Assembly (NCBI GenBank): GCA_043815245.1
Contig: JBDRJD010000014.1
Coordinates: forward strand, 14,986-78,985
DNA length: 64,000 bases
Reading direction: 5' to 3'
Source of the DNA: an archaeon
GTDB lineage: Archaea; Nanobdellota; Nanobdellia; Pacearchaeales; GW2011-AR1
In this document: in pieces, positions 46,329 to 55,759 of the stretch
Position numbering within the stretch: the first letter of the stretch is position 1
How the letters are laid out: each line of letters starts with the position of its first letter
Program-made: the position numbers and the translations under genes
The notes under the pieces: generated by a model
The model's database searches: none
What the model saw: the letters and a program-made list of their open reading frames with translations, nothing else
Told to the model about the DNA's origin: nothing

Positions 46329-47479
46329 AAATTTGGTTAGTTTATGACTATCTGAGTGAGGTGGGAGGGGTGGAAAGAGTAATGGCTACTCACGCACGAT
46401 GGTTCCAAGGGCAAGGACATGAAGTAAGTTTAATATTTAGTTATGTGGATGAAAAAACTAGAGAATATAGTTTTTTAAATGGGCTAGATATAAAGGAGAT
46501 GTCATCTTTTAAAATCAAAAGCGAGCCAATAAAATTATTTTCTTCGCTATTGGGTTTTAATAACTTTAAGAAACATAAAGTAGACTTTGTTATCTGTTAC
46601 TCCTTCCCTTCATTGTTTAGCACGAGGGGTATGGATTGTAAGAAAGGATTCTATTATCTTCCAATGGAGTTTGTTTATTTTCCGCTGAAGAAAAAAATAG
46701 AATGGGCCAATGACATAAAAAGGAAGCTGGCGGTTATAGGAAGTTTTTTTCTTTCTCCGGTTTTAAAAAGATGGGATAAAAAATTAATAGAGAATAAGCT
46801 GGTAATAGCCAATAGTGAGTTTACTAAAAATGAGATTAGTCAGAGGTATGGGGTGGAATCATTTGTGTCCTACCCCCCATTAAATGACGTATTTAAGCCA
46901 GAAAAAGATTACGGAAGTATTTTGGAGAAATATGGAATAAAGAAAGATTTTATACTGACGGCCGGCAGGATAATTCCTGATAAAAAAACAGATTGGTTAA
47001 TTGAAGTTTTTTCAAAAATAAAGGGAGAAATGGATTTTGTGATAGCAGGAGAGATAAGTGGAGAACACAAAGAAGAGCTTTTGAGGTTAGGTGAAAAACT
47101 GAACCTAAAAGGTAGGATTAGGATACTCGGATTAGTAAACCAAGAAGAATTAGTAAAACTTTACACAGCGGCGAAGGTATTTGTTTTTGCTTCACCAAAA
47201 GAAGCATTTGGATTAGTTCCAATTGAAGCAATGGCGTGTGGTACTCCAGTGGTAGCTTGGGACGATAAGGCTGGTCCGAATGAGTATGTGTTAAATAAAA
47301 TTAATGGATATTTAGCCAAACCCTATTCAACAATAGACTTTAAAGAAAAAGTTGAAAATGTTCTAAGGTCGGACTTTAAGAAGAAAAATAAAGTGAAGAT
47401 AATCAATTCAATAAAAAAATTTTTAGAAAAGTCTCAAGCAGATTTATTTTTAAGGAAAGTGGAGAATTATATTCAGTAG
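46304..47479 (+). CDS. GT4 (GT-B) glycosyltransferase
   Basis: Has the C-terminal EAFGLVPIEAMACGTPVVAWD (E-x7-E-like) retaining GT-B signature. Confidence 0.6.
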   Translation: MEVTYEKMKIWLVYDYLSEVGGVERVMATHARWFQGQGHEVSLIFSYVDEKTREYSFLNGLDIKEMSSFKIKSEPIKLFSSLLGFNNFKKHKVDFVICYSFPSLFSTRGMDCKKGFYYLPMEFVYFPLKKKIEWANDIKRKLAVIGSFFLSPVLKRWDKKLIENKLVIANSEFTKNEISQRYGVESFVSYPPLNDVFKPEKDYGSILEKYGIKKDFILTAGRIIPDKKTDWLIEVFSKIKGEMDFVIAGEISGEHKEELLRLGEKLNLKGRIRILGLVNQEELVKLYTAAKVFVFASPKEAFGLVPIEAMACGTPVVAWDDKAGPNEYVLNKINGYLAKPYSTIDFKEKVENVLRSDFKKKNKVKIINSIKKFLEKSQADLFLRKVENYIQ

Positions 47480-48933
47480 TGCCCCGAATATGCTTCCTTT
47501 AAAAAAGACCAAAACTTCCACTCATAGCCAAACGAAAAAAAACGAAATCTCCACCTGAGCAAGGCCGAAACTCTATAAAGGTTATTGAAAATAAAGTAGG
47601 GCAAATATAGGAACTTTGAAGGGAGGTTTTGATAAGCCATTTTAGTCTGATTGAAATAATTATATCTCACGATTGCTGAAGCGGTTTCAAGCCAGGATTT
47701 ATACCGCTTGTCTAACCAAATCTGAGATGCAAGGGTGGAAAAATTGTATTCAGACCACTCTTCAAGATTTTGAGGAAGTTTTGAGTTGAGCTTAAGACTT
47801 TCTTCAAATAAGGGGGTCCCGGGGTAGGGGGTAAATCCGAATAGTCCGTTGATGTGAGCTTTAGGATTTATTTTGTGTATCTTATCAATTGTGTTCAGAG
47901 TTTGAAGGATATCTTGTTTAGTCTCGTAGGGAAATCCACACATAAAGCTGATTACGGGAACAATGCCTGTTTGTTTGCACTTGGCTACAGTTTTTAACAT
48001 ATCATCTATTGTAATATCTTTTGTAATCATTTCTAAAACTTTTTTTGAGCCCGACTCTCCTCCAAAAGAAAGAGTGCTACAACCACTATTTTTTACGAGT
48101 TTGATAAAATCCAGGCCATATTTAGCAAAGTAATCAAATCTACAAGAAGTGGTCCAGTCTATCTTGATGTTCTCATCAATTAACCCTTTGGATATTTTTT
48201 CAACTCTACTTTTATCAACAAAAAACTCATCTTCTGTAAACTCTAAACCTTTTGTATTAGTTAAGTTAATTATTCTCTTGATATCTGCTAGCACCTTATC
48301 AGCATCGCGGGCACGCCATCTCCTCTTGTTAAAGGCAGTGTTGTAACAGAACTTACATCTGTGAGGGCAACCTCTGCTGGAATTATAGGGGAAATGGCCT
48401 AGGGTTGTTTTTGATTTGTTAGAGTCATAAAGCTCGTAAGCCATGGGGGGAAGGTCATTTAGATTCATAAAGGGCCTGTCAGAATTAGAGATGACTTGAC
48501 CTTTTTTGTCCTTATAGGTAAGCCCTTTAATTTTGCTTAGCGAAGTTTTTTTTACTAAAGCCTTGGCTAATTCAATGGCTGTGATCTCCCCTTCACCTCT
48601 TACAACAATATCCACGTTTTTGTTTAAAACAGACTGTGTAGGAAGTAGTGTAACATGAATGCCCCCCCAAACAACAGGAATTTGGGGATACTTTCTTTTG
48701 ATATATTCTGAAAATTTTAAGGCATATTTAAGTTGTTTTCCAGTTAAGGTGGATACCCCAACAAACACAGAATCCGAATAATCAAATTTCGTGTAATCTT
48801 GAAAGCGCAAGTCTATAATTTTAACTTCAAAACCGTTCTTAACAAGAACTGAACCGATAGCTAATAGTGAAAGGGGTAGCCTTGTTAAGTGAGTTTTTTC
48901 GTCTGGATAAACTAAAAATATTTTCCGGCCCAT
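47473..48933 (-). CDS. B12-binding radical SAM (class B) enzyme
   Basis: Has an N-terminal cobalamin-binding Rossmann region and CPHRCKFCYN (CX3CX2C). Confidence 0.6.
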   Translation of the reverse strand: MGRKIFLVYPDEKTHLTRLPLSLLAIGSVLVKNGFEVKIIDLRFQDYTKFDYSDSVFVGVSTLTGKQLKYALKFSEYIKRKYPQIPVVWGGIHVTLLPTQSVLNKNVDIVVRGEGEITAIELAKALVKKTSLSKIKGLTYKDKKGQVISNSDRPFMNLNDLPPMAYELYDSNKSKTTLGHFPYNSSRGCPHRCKFCYNTAFNKRRWRARDADKVLADIKRIINLTNTKGLEFTEDEFFVDKSRVEKISKGLIDENIKIDWTTSCRFDYFAKYGLDFIKLVKNSGCSTLSFGGESGSKKVLEMITKDITIDDMLKTVAKCKQTGIVPVISFMCGFPYETKQDILQTLNTIDKIHKINPKAHINGLFGFTPYPGTPLFEESLKLNSKLPQNLEEWSEYNFSTLASQIWLDKRYKSWLETASAIVRYNYFNQTKMAYQNLPSKFLYLPYFIFNNLYRVSALLRWRFRFFSFGYEWKFWSFLKEAYSGHY

Positions 48934-48969
48934 TTAAAATTAGATTTAGAAAGTAGGTTATAAAGATTG

Positions 48970-50049
48970 TTATGTTTTAGAATATAAGAGATAGAGGATC
49001 TTTTTACTCGCCTTTCCGTCACCAAATGGGTTTTCCCAATTCTTTTGCCTGGAAATCATTAATTTAGTGCAATCTAAAATTTTCAGAGGGTCATAGCCGG
49101 CCAAAAGATTACCCCCAGCATCAATAGTTTCTGGACGCTCAGTATTTTCCCTAAGAGTTACGCAAGGAATTTTCAGAATGCAAGTTTCTTCTTGAATGCC
49201 TCCTGAATCTGTTAATACAAGTCTTGAATTTGTTAATAACTGCAAAAAATCAAGGTAGCCAAGAGGTTCAATTAGTTTTATGTGCTCTGAAACTTTAAGG
49301 CCAAATTCAGAGACCATTTTCTTTGTACGCGGATGGATGGGATAAATCAAAGGTAATTTAAACTCTTCGTATACAAGACTTAATCCTTGTAGGATTTTTT
49401 TAAGTCTTTCTTTATTATCCACATTTTCTTGCCTATGCATGGTGACTAAAAAATATTTATTTTTTTGTAGGTCGAGCTCAGAGAGAATGTTTGACTTTCT
49501 TTGAGATATCTCTAGATTTTGATGTAATGCATCAACAATTGTGTTTCCAGTCACAAATATCTTATCCCGGGGTATGCTCTCCCGGAGTAGTATCTGTTTT
49601 GCATTTTCAGTTGGAGCAAATAAATAATCTGAAATGTGATCAGTTACGATTCTATTAGTTTCTTCTGGCATGCTCCGATCATAGCTTCTTAAGCCCGCTT
49701 CAATATGTCCTACTTGAATCCCGAGTTTGCTTGCAGCAAGTGCTCCTGCAAGAACGGTATTTGTATCCCCTTCTACTAAAACAACCGCGGGATTCTGAGA
49801 CTTAAGAACTTTCTCAATTTCTATAAGCATCTTGCCAGTTTGTTCTCCATGGGGGGCTGACCCAATATTGAGATTGAATGTTGCGGGTGGTAAGTCCAGT
49901 TCCTCAAAAAATATTTTATCCATATTTTCAGAGTAGTGTTGATTGGTATGGATAATTAGGTATTCTTTTTCTAAAGAAGAAAGTTCTCGGATAAGGGGAC
50001 TAATCTTGATAATTTCGGGACGTGTGCCAAGGATTATAGCTATTTTCAC
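48970..50049 (-). CDS. wecB: UDP-N-acetylglucosamine 2-epimerase (non-hydrolysing, WecB-like)
   Basis: Begins MKIAIILGTRPEIIKISPLI, with HIEAGLRS and a DSGGIQEE-type C-terminus. Confidence 0.7.
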   Translation of the reverse strand: MKIAIILGTRPEIIKISPLIRELSSLEKEYLIIHTNQHYSENMDKIFFEELDLPPATFNLNIGSAPHGEQTGKMLIEIEKVLKSQNPAVVLVEGDTNTVLAGALAASKLGIQVGHIEAGLRSYDRSMPEETNRIVTDHISDYLFAPTENAKQILLRESIPRDKIFVTGNTIVDALHQNLEISQRKSNILSELDLQKNKYFLVTMHRQENVDNKERLKKILQGLSLVYEEFKLPLIYPIHPRTKKMVSEFGLKVSEHIKLIEPLGYLDFLQLLTNSRLVLTDSGGIQEETCILKIPCVTLRENTERPETIDAGGNLLAGYDPLKILDCTKLMISRQKNWENPFGDGKASKKILYLLYSKT

Positions 50050-50050
50050 T

Positions 50051-51679
50051 TTAGTTTCTTAAAATTTCATATACAAAAACACCGTCAAATATTTGCGACA
50101 GTTTAAAAGTTAGGCTGCCATATGATTTTTCTTGTTTTATGTCTTGTTGACCTGTATTAAAGTCTATAGTAGTATCCATAAAAGGAATCTCCCATTTTTG
50201 TTGAGATTCACGCTTCATCCAATCTGGATGGTTTGGTTCCCAAAATGAGATTAATAGAAATCTAATTGCTGGGTCTTCCTCTATTTTAGGTAGTACTTCT
50301 TCGAAAGTTGTATCTTGATTGTACTGCACTCCTACAAGCTCAGCAGGGCTAACCATCTGCCTTTCAGCATAGTAGGAGAATTGAGGAGTTAAAACAATAA
50401 GAGTTTTGTCTGATGGAGAGGTCCGATCCTTAATGTAAAATGAAGCGTCCTTAACCCCGTTGAAACTACTTATTTTAGACTTGATAATCGTATCAGCATG
50501 CTGAACTTCATAGAAAGCACCATAGGCTAGCAATACAAGGATAATGACCAGAGCAATCTGTTTATTATATTTTTTAAGGTTATCATAAATAAATATGGCC
50601 CCCTTTGCAAGGCAAATTAAGGAACCGAAAAGCAGCGGGAAGAACCATCTCGGCTCACCAATGTCAGTTGGATGTCTTTGGTAAAACAAAAAGTAGGACA
50701 ACACAATGATTATTGATAAAACTGCAAATAATTCACTTTTAATCTCACTTTTACCAACCTTTCTAAAGTAATCAAGTGATAAAAAAGTATTTATTAAAAG
50801 CAAAATGAATCCAAGCCAGAATAAATAAAGTAAAATGCTAAGTGTGGAACTGGTAAATGAACTAAAATATGCAGGAAATATTTGGAAGGGGAAGAGATTA
50901 AAGGGAATTTCAGTATGTAGATAGATTCCAGCCACCTCAGTAATATTAGAGGCAAATACAAATTTCTCTAAAAGAGAGAAACTTACTATAAACACGGCTA
51001 AAGCTATCCAGTTGTACTTATCCTTTAAGAGTGAAGACCACTTACGAGTAATTAGCATATAAAAAAAGAAAAAGAAACCAAAAAGAAAATACCCTCTCCT
51101 CATAGAGTAGGATAAAACGACAAATAATACAGTTAGTGGAACTGCCCAGTTAGGATTAATCTTCCCAAATATTTTTTCTCCGCCTTCGTATCCTTGCCAG
51201 AAGACATAGATCGCTAAAAGACCGAAGAATAATCCTGGGACACCTAAATGGAATCTCATTGAGTTAAATAACACTACCCAGAAAGTGGCCATTAAAAACG
51301 AGGCAATTAGCCCCACCTTTTTATCTTTAAACATTAAAACGGCAGTTGCATAGGTGAGCCAGATAAGTAGGATGGAAGGTAGAATCTCTAATATAAATTT
51401 TATGGCAGGGTCAGAGAACCCTATCTTAAATAAAGCCGCTACAAAATAAATAAATAGAGAATTATGGGCATCGGAAACCATCCAGTAGGTAGTGTACCCT
51501 CCAAGAGCTTTAGCATAGGCCATATAGTCCCCTTCATCCCACCATATTGCCTGGTCCTTTGTGAGAAAAAAATAATAAAGCCTGATAGCTACGCCTAAGA
51601 TAAATATTCCCAAAAAAATTCTATTATAGGGATCTTTTAACCAATTTCTGACACTCTCTTTTATTTTACTAATTTCCAT
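50051..51679 (-). CDS. GT-C fold glycosyltransferase (ArnT / PMT-like, GT39/GT83)
   Basis: A 542-aa polytopic protein with an N-terminal WWDEGDY loop motif after TM1 and a soluble C-terminal domain. Confidence 0.5.
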   Translation of the reverse strand: MEISKIKESVRNWLKDPYNRIFLGIFILGVAIRLYYFFLTKDQAIWWDEGDYMAYAKALGGYTTYWMVSDAHNSLFIYFVAALFKIGFSDPAIKFILEILPSILLIWLTYATAVLMFKDKKVGLIASFLMATFWVVLFNSMRFHLGVPGLFFGLLAIYVFWQGYEGGEKIFGKINPNWAVPLTVLFVVLSYSMRRGYFLFGFFFFFYMLITRKWSSLLKDKYNWIALAVFIVSFSLLEKFVFASNITEVAGIYLHTEIPFNLFPFQIFPAYFSSFTSSTLSILLYLFWLGFILLLINTFLSLDYFRKVGKSEIKSELFAVLSIIIVLSYFLFYQRHPTDIGEPRWFFPLLFGSLICLAKGAIFIYDNLKKYNKQIALVIILVLLAYGAFYEVQHADTIIKSKISSFNGVKDASFYIKDRTSPSDKTLIVLTPQFSYYAERQMVSPAELVGVQYNQDTTFEEVLPKIEEDPAIRFLLISFWEPNHPDWMKRESQQKWEIPFMDTTIDFNTGQQDIKQEKSYGSLTFKLSQIFDGVFVYEILRN

Positions 51680-53069
51680 TTTTTATTTTTTCTATAATCT
51701 TTGATGTAGATTTGCCAGTTGTTAATGGGACAAATTTAAACTCTCCGCAATATGACTCTACAGCTCTTCGCTCTTTTTGGTCCATAAGTTCAAGATTATA
51801 ATCTGAACCTTTTACATATATGTCAGGATTTAGTTCTATTAAGTACTTTTCTACAGATGATTCTGGGAATATGAGAATGTAATCTACAAATTCTAGGGAA
51901 GAAAGTATCTCGGCTCTTTCACTTTCAGACTGTAGGGGGCGTGAAGGACCTTTTAAAGCTCTGACAGAAGAATCAGAATTAAGACCAATAATTAATAAGT
52001 CTCCTAGCTTTTTTGCGTCTTGTAAGTATCTTACATGACCTACATGCAGTAAATCAAAACAACCATTGGTCCAGACTATTTTCCTTCCTTTTCTTTTTGC
52101 ATCTTGAGCTTGCTTTTTTAGCTCTTCGAGACTAATTACTTTCTTGAATTCTGAGAGAAACTTGTTTTTTAACTCACTGGAACTTACTGAATATGTGCCT
52201 TTCTTCTCTACAGCAATTCCAGCAGCATGATTAGCAATAATTGCTGCTTCTTCTAATGGGGAACTAGTTGCAAGCGCAAGTGCAAGTGTAGCTATAACTG
52301 TGTCCCCAGCGCCAGTTACATCATAAACTTCTTTTGCAAAAGTTGGAATCTCGGTAGTTTTATCTGAAAAAAGAATCATTCCTCTCTCTCCATGAGTTAT
52401 CAAGATGTTTGAGTTAAGCTCTTGTCTTAGCTTTTCTCCGGCCTGATAAATGTCTGAGCAGCCAGCCATTTCGAGGGCTTCTCTTTCATTTGACTTTATG
52501 AGTAAAACTCCATTGTATAGATTTTTATTTTTTGGCTTTGGATCTACAATAATCTTGCTTTTAAAATTAGATATTAAGGAGATAAGCTCTGAAGATATGG
52601 CACCTTTTGCATAATCTGAAAGGATTATTATATCAGATTCTGAGGCGTATTTAATTAATTGTTGTTTTACCTGATCTGAAAAGCTTTTTTCTGCGAATAT
52701 TTCTTTATCATACCTCAGTAATTGCTGGCCCTTTCCTATAATTCTTGTTTTTTGGATTGTGTCATATCTGTTGTCTAGAAGGTGTTTTATGTTTTTCCCA
52801 TCCATTAGCGTTTTCAGAATTTCGGATTCAGAGTCATTTCCACAAAAAGAAACAATAGTTGCTGATCCACCCAATGAAGCAATGTTGGAGGCAACGTTTC
52901 CGGCCCCTCCAATCTCGTGAAATTCTTTTTTTATATGAACGATTGGAACTGGCGCTTCTGGATTTATTCTTGTAACATCTCCTTCAAAATACTTGTCAAG
53001 CATAATGTCTCCTATGACTAGTACTCTTTTTTCTTTAAACTGATTAACGACCTCACTAAGCGCTTTCAT
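51669..53069 (-). CDS. hldE: Bifunctional D-glycero-beta-D-manno-heptose-7-phosphate kinase / heptose-1-phosphate adenylyltransferase (HldE/RfaE)
   Basis: Has an N-terminal PfkB ribokinase-like domain (VLVIGDIMLDKY...GAGDT) and a C-terminal cytidylyltransferase-like domain (WTNGCFDLLHVGHVRYL). Confidence 0.75.
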   Translation of the reverse strand: MKALSEVVNQFKEKRVLVIGDIMLDKYFEGDVTRINPEAPVPIVHIKKEFHEIGGAGNVASNIASLGGSATIVSFCGNDSESEILKTLMDGKNIKHLLDNRYDTIQKTRIIGKGQQLLRYDKEIFAEKSFSDQVKQQLIKYASESDIIILSDYAKGAISSELISLISNFKSKIIVDPKPKNKNLYNGVLLIKSNEREALEMAGCSDIYQAGEKLRQELNSNILITHGERGMILFSDKTTEIPTFAKEVYDVTGAGDTVIATLALALATSSPLEEAAIIANHAAGIAVEKKGTYSVSSSELKNKFLSEFKKVISLEELKKQAQDAKRKGRKIVWTNGCFDLLHVGHVRYLQDAKKLGDLLIIGLNSDSSVRALKGPSRPLQSESERAEILSSLEFVDYILIFPESSVEKYLIELNPDIYVKGSDYNLELMDQKERRAVESYCGEFKFVPLTTGKSTSKIIEKIKNGN

Positions 53070-53583
53070 TTTCTTGAAGTATTACCTTAACAGACTCATA
53101 TAAATCTTTTGTTTTTTGAATAGATAGTTTTTCGGTGTAGCGGGATTCGATTAGTACCGCCTTGCAACCTAACTTTTCGGCTGGTTTTATGTCTGTGAGT
53201 TTATCTCCAACAATCCAACATTTCTCGGGGGAGAGGCTAAATTTTTTTATTGAATCTAAAAATAATTTAGTTGAGGGTTTCCTACAATCACAGTTTTTAT
53301 CTGGATCATGCGGACAGTACAGAATATCATCGAATTCTATATTTTGTTTTTTGAAAACTTGGACCATATTCTCTGTTATTTTTAGGTAGTCCTGCTCTGA
53401 GTAGTACCCAAGGCCTATACCTGACTGATTTGTGATAATGATAAGTCTATAACCGGCTTTTTTAATTTTTTTCAGAGCCTCAAAAACTCTAGGAAGAATT
53501 TTAAAATCTTCAGTTTTATGGACATAGCCTCTATCTTCGTTAATCACACCGTCACGGTCTAAAAATACAGCTTTATTTTCCAT
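53056..53583 (-). CDS. gmhB: D-glycero-D-manno-heptose 1,7-bisphosphate phosphatase (GmhB, HAD-IIIA)
   Basis: Has VFLDRDGVINED and a CxC...C zinc site (CPHDPDKNCDCRKP). Confidence 0.7.
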   Translation of the reverse strand: MENKAVFLDRDGVINEDRGYVHKTEDFKILPRVFEALKKIKKAGYRLIIITNQSGIGLGYYSEQDYLKITENMVQVFKKQNIEFDDILYCPHDPDKNCDCRKPSTKLFLDSIKKFSLSPEKCWIVGDKLTDIKPAEKLGCKAVLIESRYTEKLSIQKTKDLYESVKVILQENESA

Positions 53584-53597
53584 TTTTAATAATTAGC

Positions 53598-54170
53598 TCA
53601 ATTAGCAACAAACTCATCTTCTATTAATTTAGCTAGAATATGAAGAATCAAAATATGAACTTCTTGAATCCTTGCAGTGTTTTGAACAGGAACAATTAAG
53701 TCTACTTCCCCTAAACCCTTCATTTTTCCACCGTCTCTTCCTAACAAGTTGATGACTTGCATGTTCCTTTCTCTTGCCTTTTCTATTGTTCTTAGTATAT
53801 TACCTGAATTACCAGAGGTACTAAGTCCAATAAGGATGTCTCCGGGGTTGCCAAGTGCTTCAACTTGCCTTGCAAAAACCACCTCATAGCCATAATCATT
53901 TGACAGGGCTGTAAGGTTGGAAGTGTCTACAGTCAAAGAAATGCAGGGAAGTCCTTTTCGCTCTGCTTCAAATCTTCCAACCAGTTCAGCAGTAAAGTGT
54001 TGAGCTTGTGCGGCGCTGCCACCATTACCACAGATAAGTAATTTATTCCCCTTTTTAATTGCTTCAATGATCATGTGGGATGCCTTTTCAATCAAGGGGA
54101 TAGAATCATAGATGGATTTTTGAGCTCCCAGGCTATCATTAATTAAACTTCTTATAATCTCTTGAGACAT
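53598..54170 (-). CDS. gmhA: Phosphoheptose (sedoheptulose-7-phosphate) isomerase GmhA (SIS domain)
   Basis: Has ICGNGGSAAQAQHFTAELVGRFEAERKGLPCISLT...STSGNS. Confidence 0.75.
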   Translation of the reverse strand: MSQEIIRSLINDSLGAQKSIYDSIPLIEKASHMIIEAIKKGNKLLICGNGGSAAQAQHFTAELVGRFEAERKGLPCISLTVDTSNLTALSNDYGYEVVFARQVEALGNPGDILIGLSTSGNSGNILRTIEKARERNMQVINLLGRDGGKMKGLGEVDLIVPVQNTARIQEVHILILHILAKLIEDEFVAN

Positions 54171-54183
54171 AAATATGTAAGAA

Positions 54184-55284
54184 TTAGAGGTTATTTAAAA
54201 TTTCTTGTGCTGAAATGCTACCTGCTAATTCTTCTGAATATTTCATAGAAAAAAAGTATTTTTCTAATAAGGGGGAAACAAGTTTCTTAGCAATTCCATA
54301 ATCTTCAATTTCCCAGGGGGGAGTTGAATAAAACAAGGCCACTGTTGGCTTTTTCAATAGGAGGGATAAATGTAGGGCTAGGGAATCTGTGGTGACAACT
54401 TTTTCGCATAAGTTGATTACTGCTGCAAATTCTCCAACTGTATTATCTGGATTATTTGAAGTAACTACTATCCCTGTAGATTTAAGCTCATTAATTAACT
54501 CGGGGATTTTGCCTCTTTCTTCTGGACCTCCTAAAAGTAAAACTTTATAGTTTTTGTTTAGCCCATTGATTAGTTCTTTAAGTTTCTCATTTGAAATGGC
54601 CTTAGAAGGCCATCTTTCCCCTGCTGAGAAATTTATTCCAATTAGTTTATCGGAGTCTGAGAGATTATTCATTTTCCTGAAATTATTAGCATACTGCTTG
54701 TCCTTGGTAGTCGCATGGAATACCATTTCTTCCCCATTGTATTCCAAATGACAGGCTTGAAAGATTAGCTGTTGGTATGTCTTTCTGTTAGACAGCTTAA
54801 CGTTGTGTAAAAAGGCAGTTTCAAGGTACTCTTCACTCCCTACATTAAAACAGGAAGTAGCCGCATTGTCAAAGTAATATCCATACTTTTCCTCAGCTTG
54901 AACAATATTTGCTAGAAGTGTCGCTGGAGTGGTTATTTCTAGTGAGAAAAGGATATCAAATTTTTCTTGTTGAATTCTTAGGATGTTTTCAGGATTGTAT
55001 GTCAGGAGTTTATCAATATGGGGGTTGTTTTCAAGTAGTTCTTTAGATTCTAGCATTGTAAACCAATAAATTAAGGCTTCATCACCGTATTTCTTTTTTA
55101 GGGCTTCTAGAATTGGGGTGGTTCTAAGAACGTCTCCCATAGCTCCTAGTTTAATAATGAGTATTTTTTTGGAGTGTGGAGAAGAGAATTTGCATTCTTC
55201 ACAGGACTTATAGCCTTCGCTAGTTAAGGTATCGCATGCATACTTCTCATTAAAAAACCTACATCTCGAGTTCCACTTAGTCAT
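54184..55284 (-). CDS. GT9 heptosyltransferase with N-terminal Cys-rich extension
   Basis: Has ILIIKLGAMGDVLRTTPILEAL, typical of the ADP-heptose:LPS heptosyltransferase family. About 40 N-terminal residues carry four Cys (CRFF...C...CEEC). Confidence 0.6.
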   Translation of the reverse strand: MTKWNSRCRFFNEKYACDTLTSEGYKSCEECKFSSPHSKKILIIKLGAMGDVLRTTPILEALKKKYGDEALIYWFTMLESKELLENNPHIDKLLTYNPENILRIQQEKFDILFSLEITTPATLLANIVQAEEKYGYYFDNAATSCFNVGSEEYLETAFLHNVKLSNRKTYQQLIFQACHLEYNGEEMVFHATTKDKQYANNFRKMNNLSDSDKLIGINFSAGERWPSKAISNEKLKELINGLNKNYKVLLLGGPEERGKIPELINELKSTGIVVTSNNPDNTVGEFAAVINLCEKVVTTDSLALHLSLLLKKPTVALFYSTPPWEIEDYGIAKKLVSPLLEKYFFSMKYSEELAGSISAQEILNNL

Positions 55285-55354
55285 GGGGATACTATATTTG
55301 GAGTGTTTAAAAATTTATGGAAAAGCTTAAAATAAGCTTAGATATAGGAGATAC

Positions 55355-55759
55355 ATGAAAAAAATATACATTGCGGGAAAATTATGTTCAGAAGAGGAAA
55401 GAGCCCTACTTGAGGGGGTGGATAAGTTCTGTAAGGCAGAGGGATTTGACACCTTTTTACCTCACAGGGATGTAGGGGTGATAGCGTTTAAAGAAGAGAT
55501 AAAAAGAGCGTTTAAAGAAGATGTAAAAGCTTTAGATGAATGTGATTTTGTACTTGCAGTATTAAACGGGAAACCTGGAAGCGGAACAGTATGGGAAATA
55601 GGTTATGCCTACTCAATCAAAAAGCCGATTATAGGATTAAAAACAGATAAAAAAGTTGAAGATTCAATACCGGAACTAAGTGCGATGGTTTTAGGCAGTG
55701 TTAAAATTTTACAAAGCTTTGAAGAGTTAAAAGAAGAGCTGTTCAATCTAAAGGGCTAG
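55355..55759 (+). CDS. Nucleoside 2-deoxyribosyltransferase-like protein
   Basis: Has IYIAGKL...FLPHRD...GTVWEIGYAYSIKKPIIGL, which fits the NDT fold motif. Confidence 0.45.
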   Translation: MKKIYIAGKLCSEEERALLEGVDKFCKAEGFDTFLPHRDVGVIAFKEEIKRAFKEDVKALDECDFVLAVLNGKPGSGTVWEIGYAYSIKKPIIGLKTDKKVEDSIPELSAMVLGSVKILQSFEELKEELFNLKG

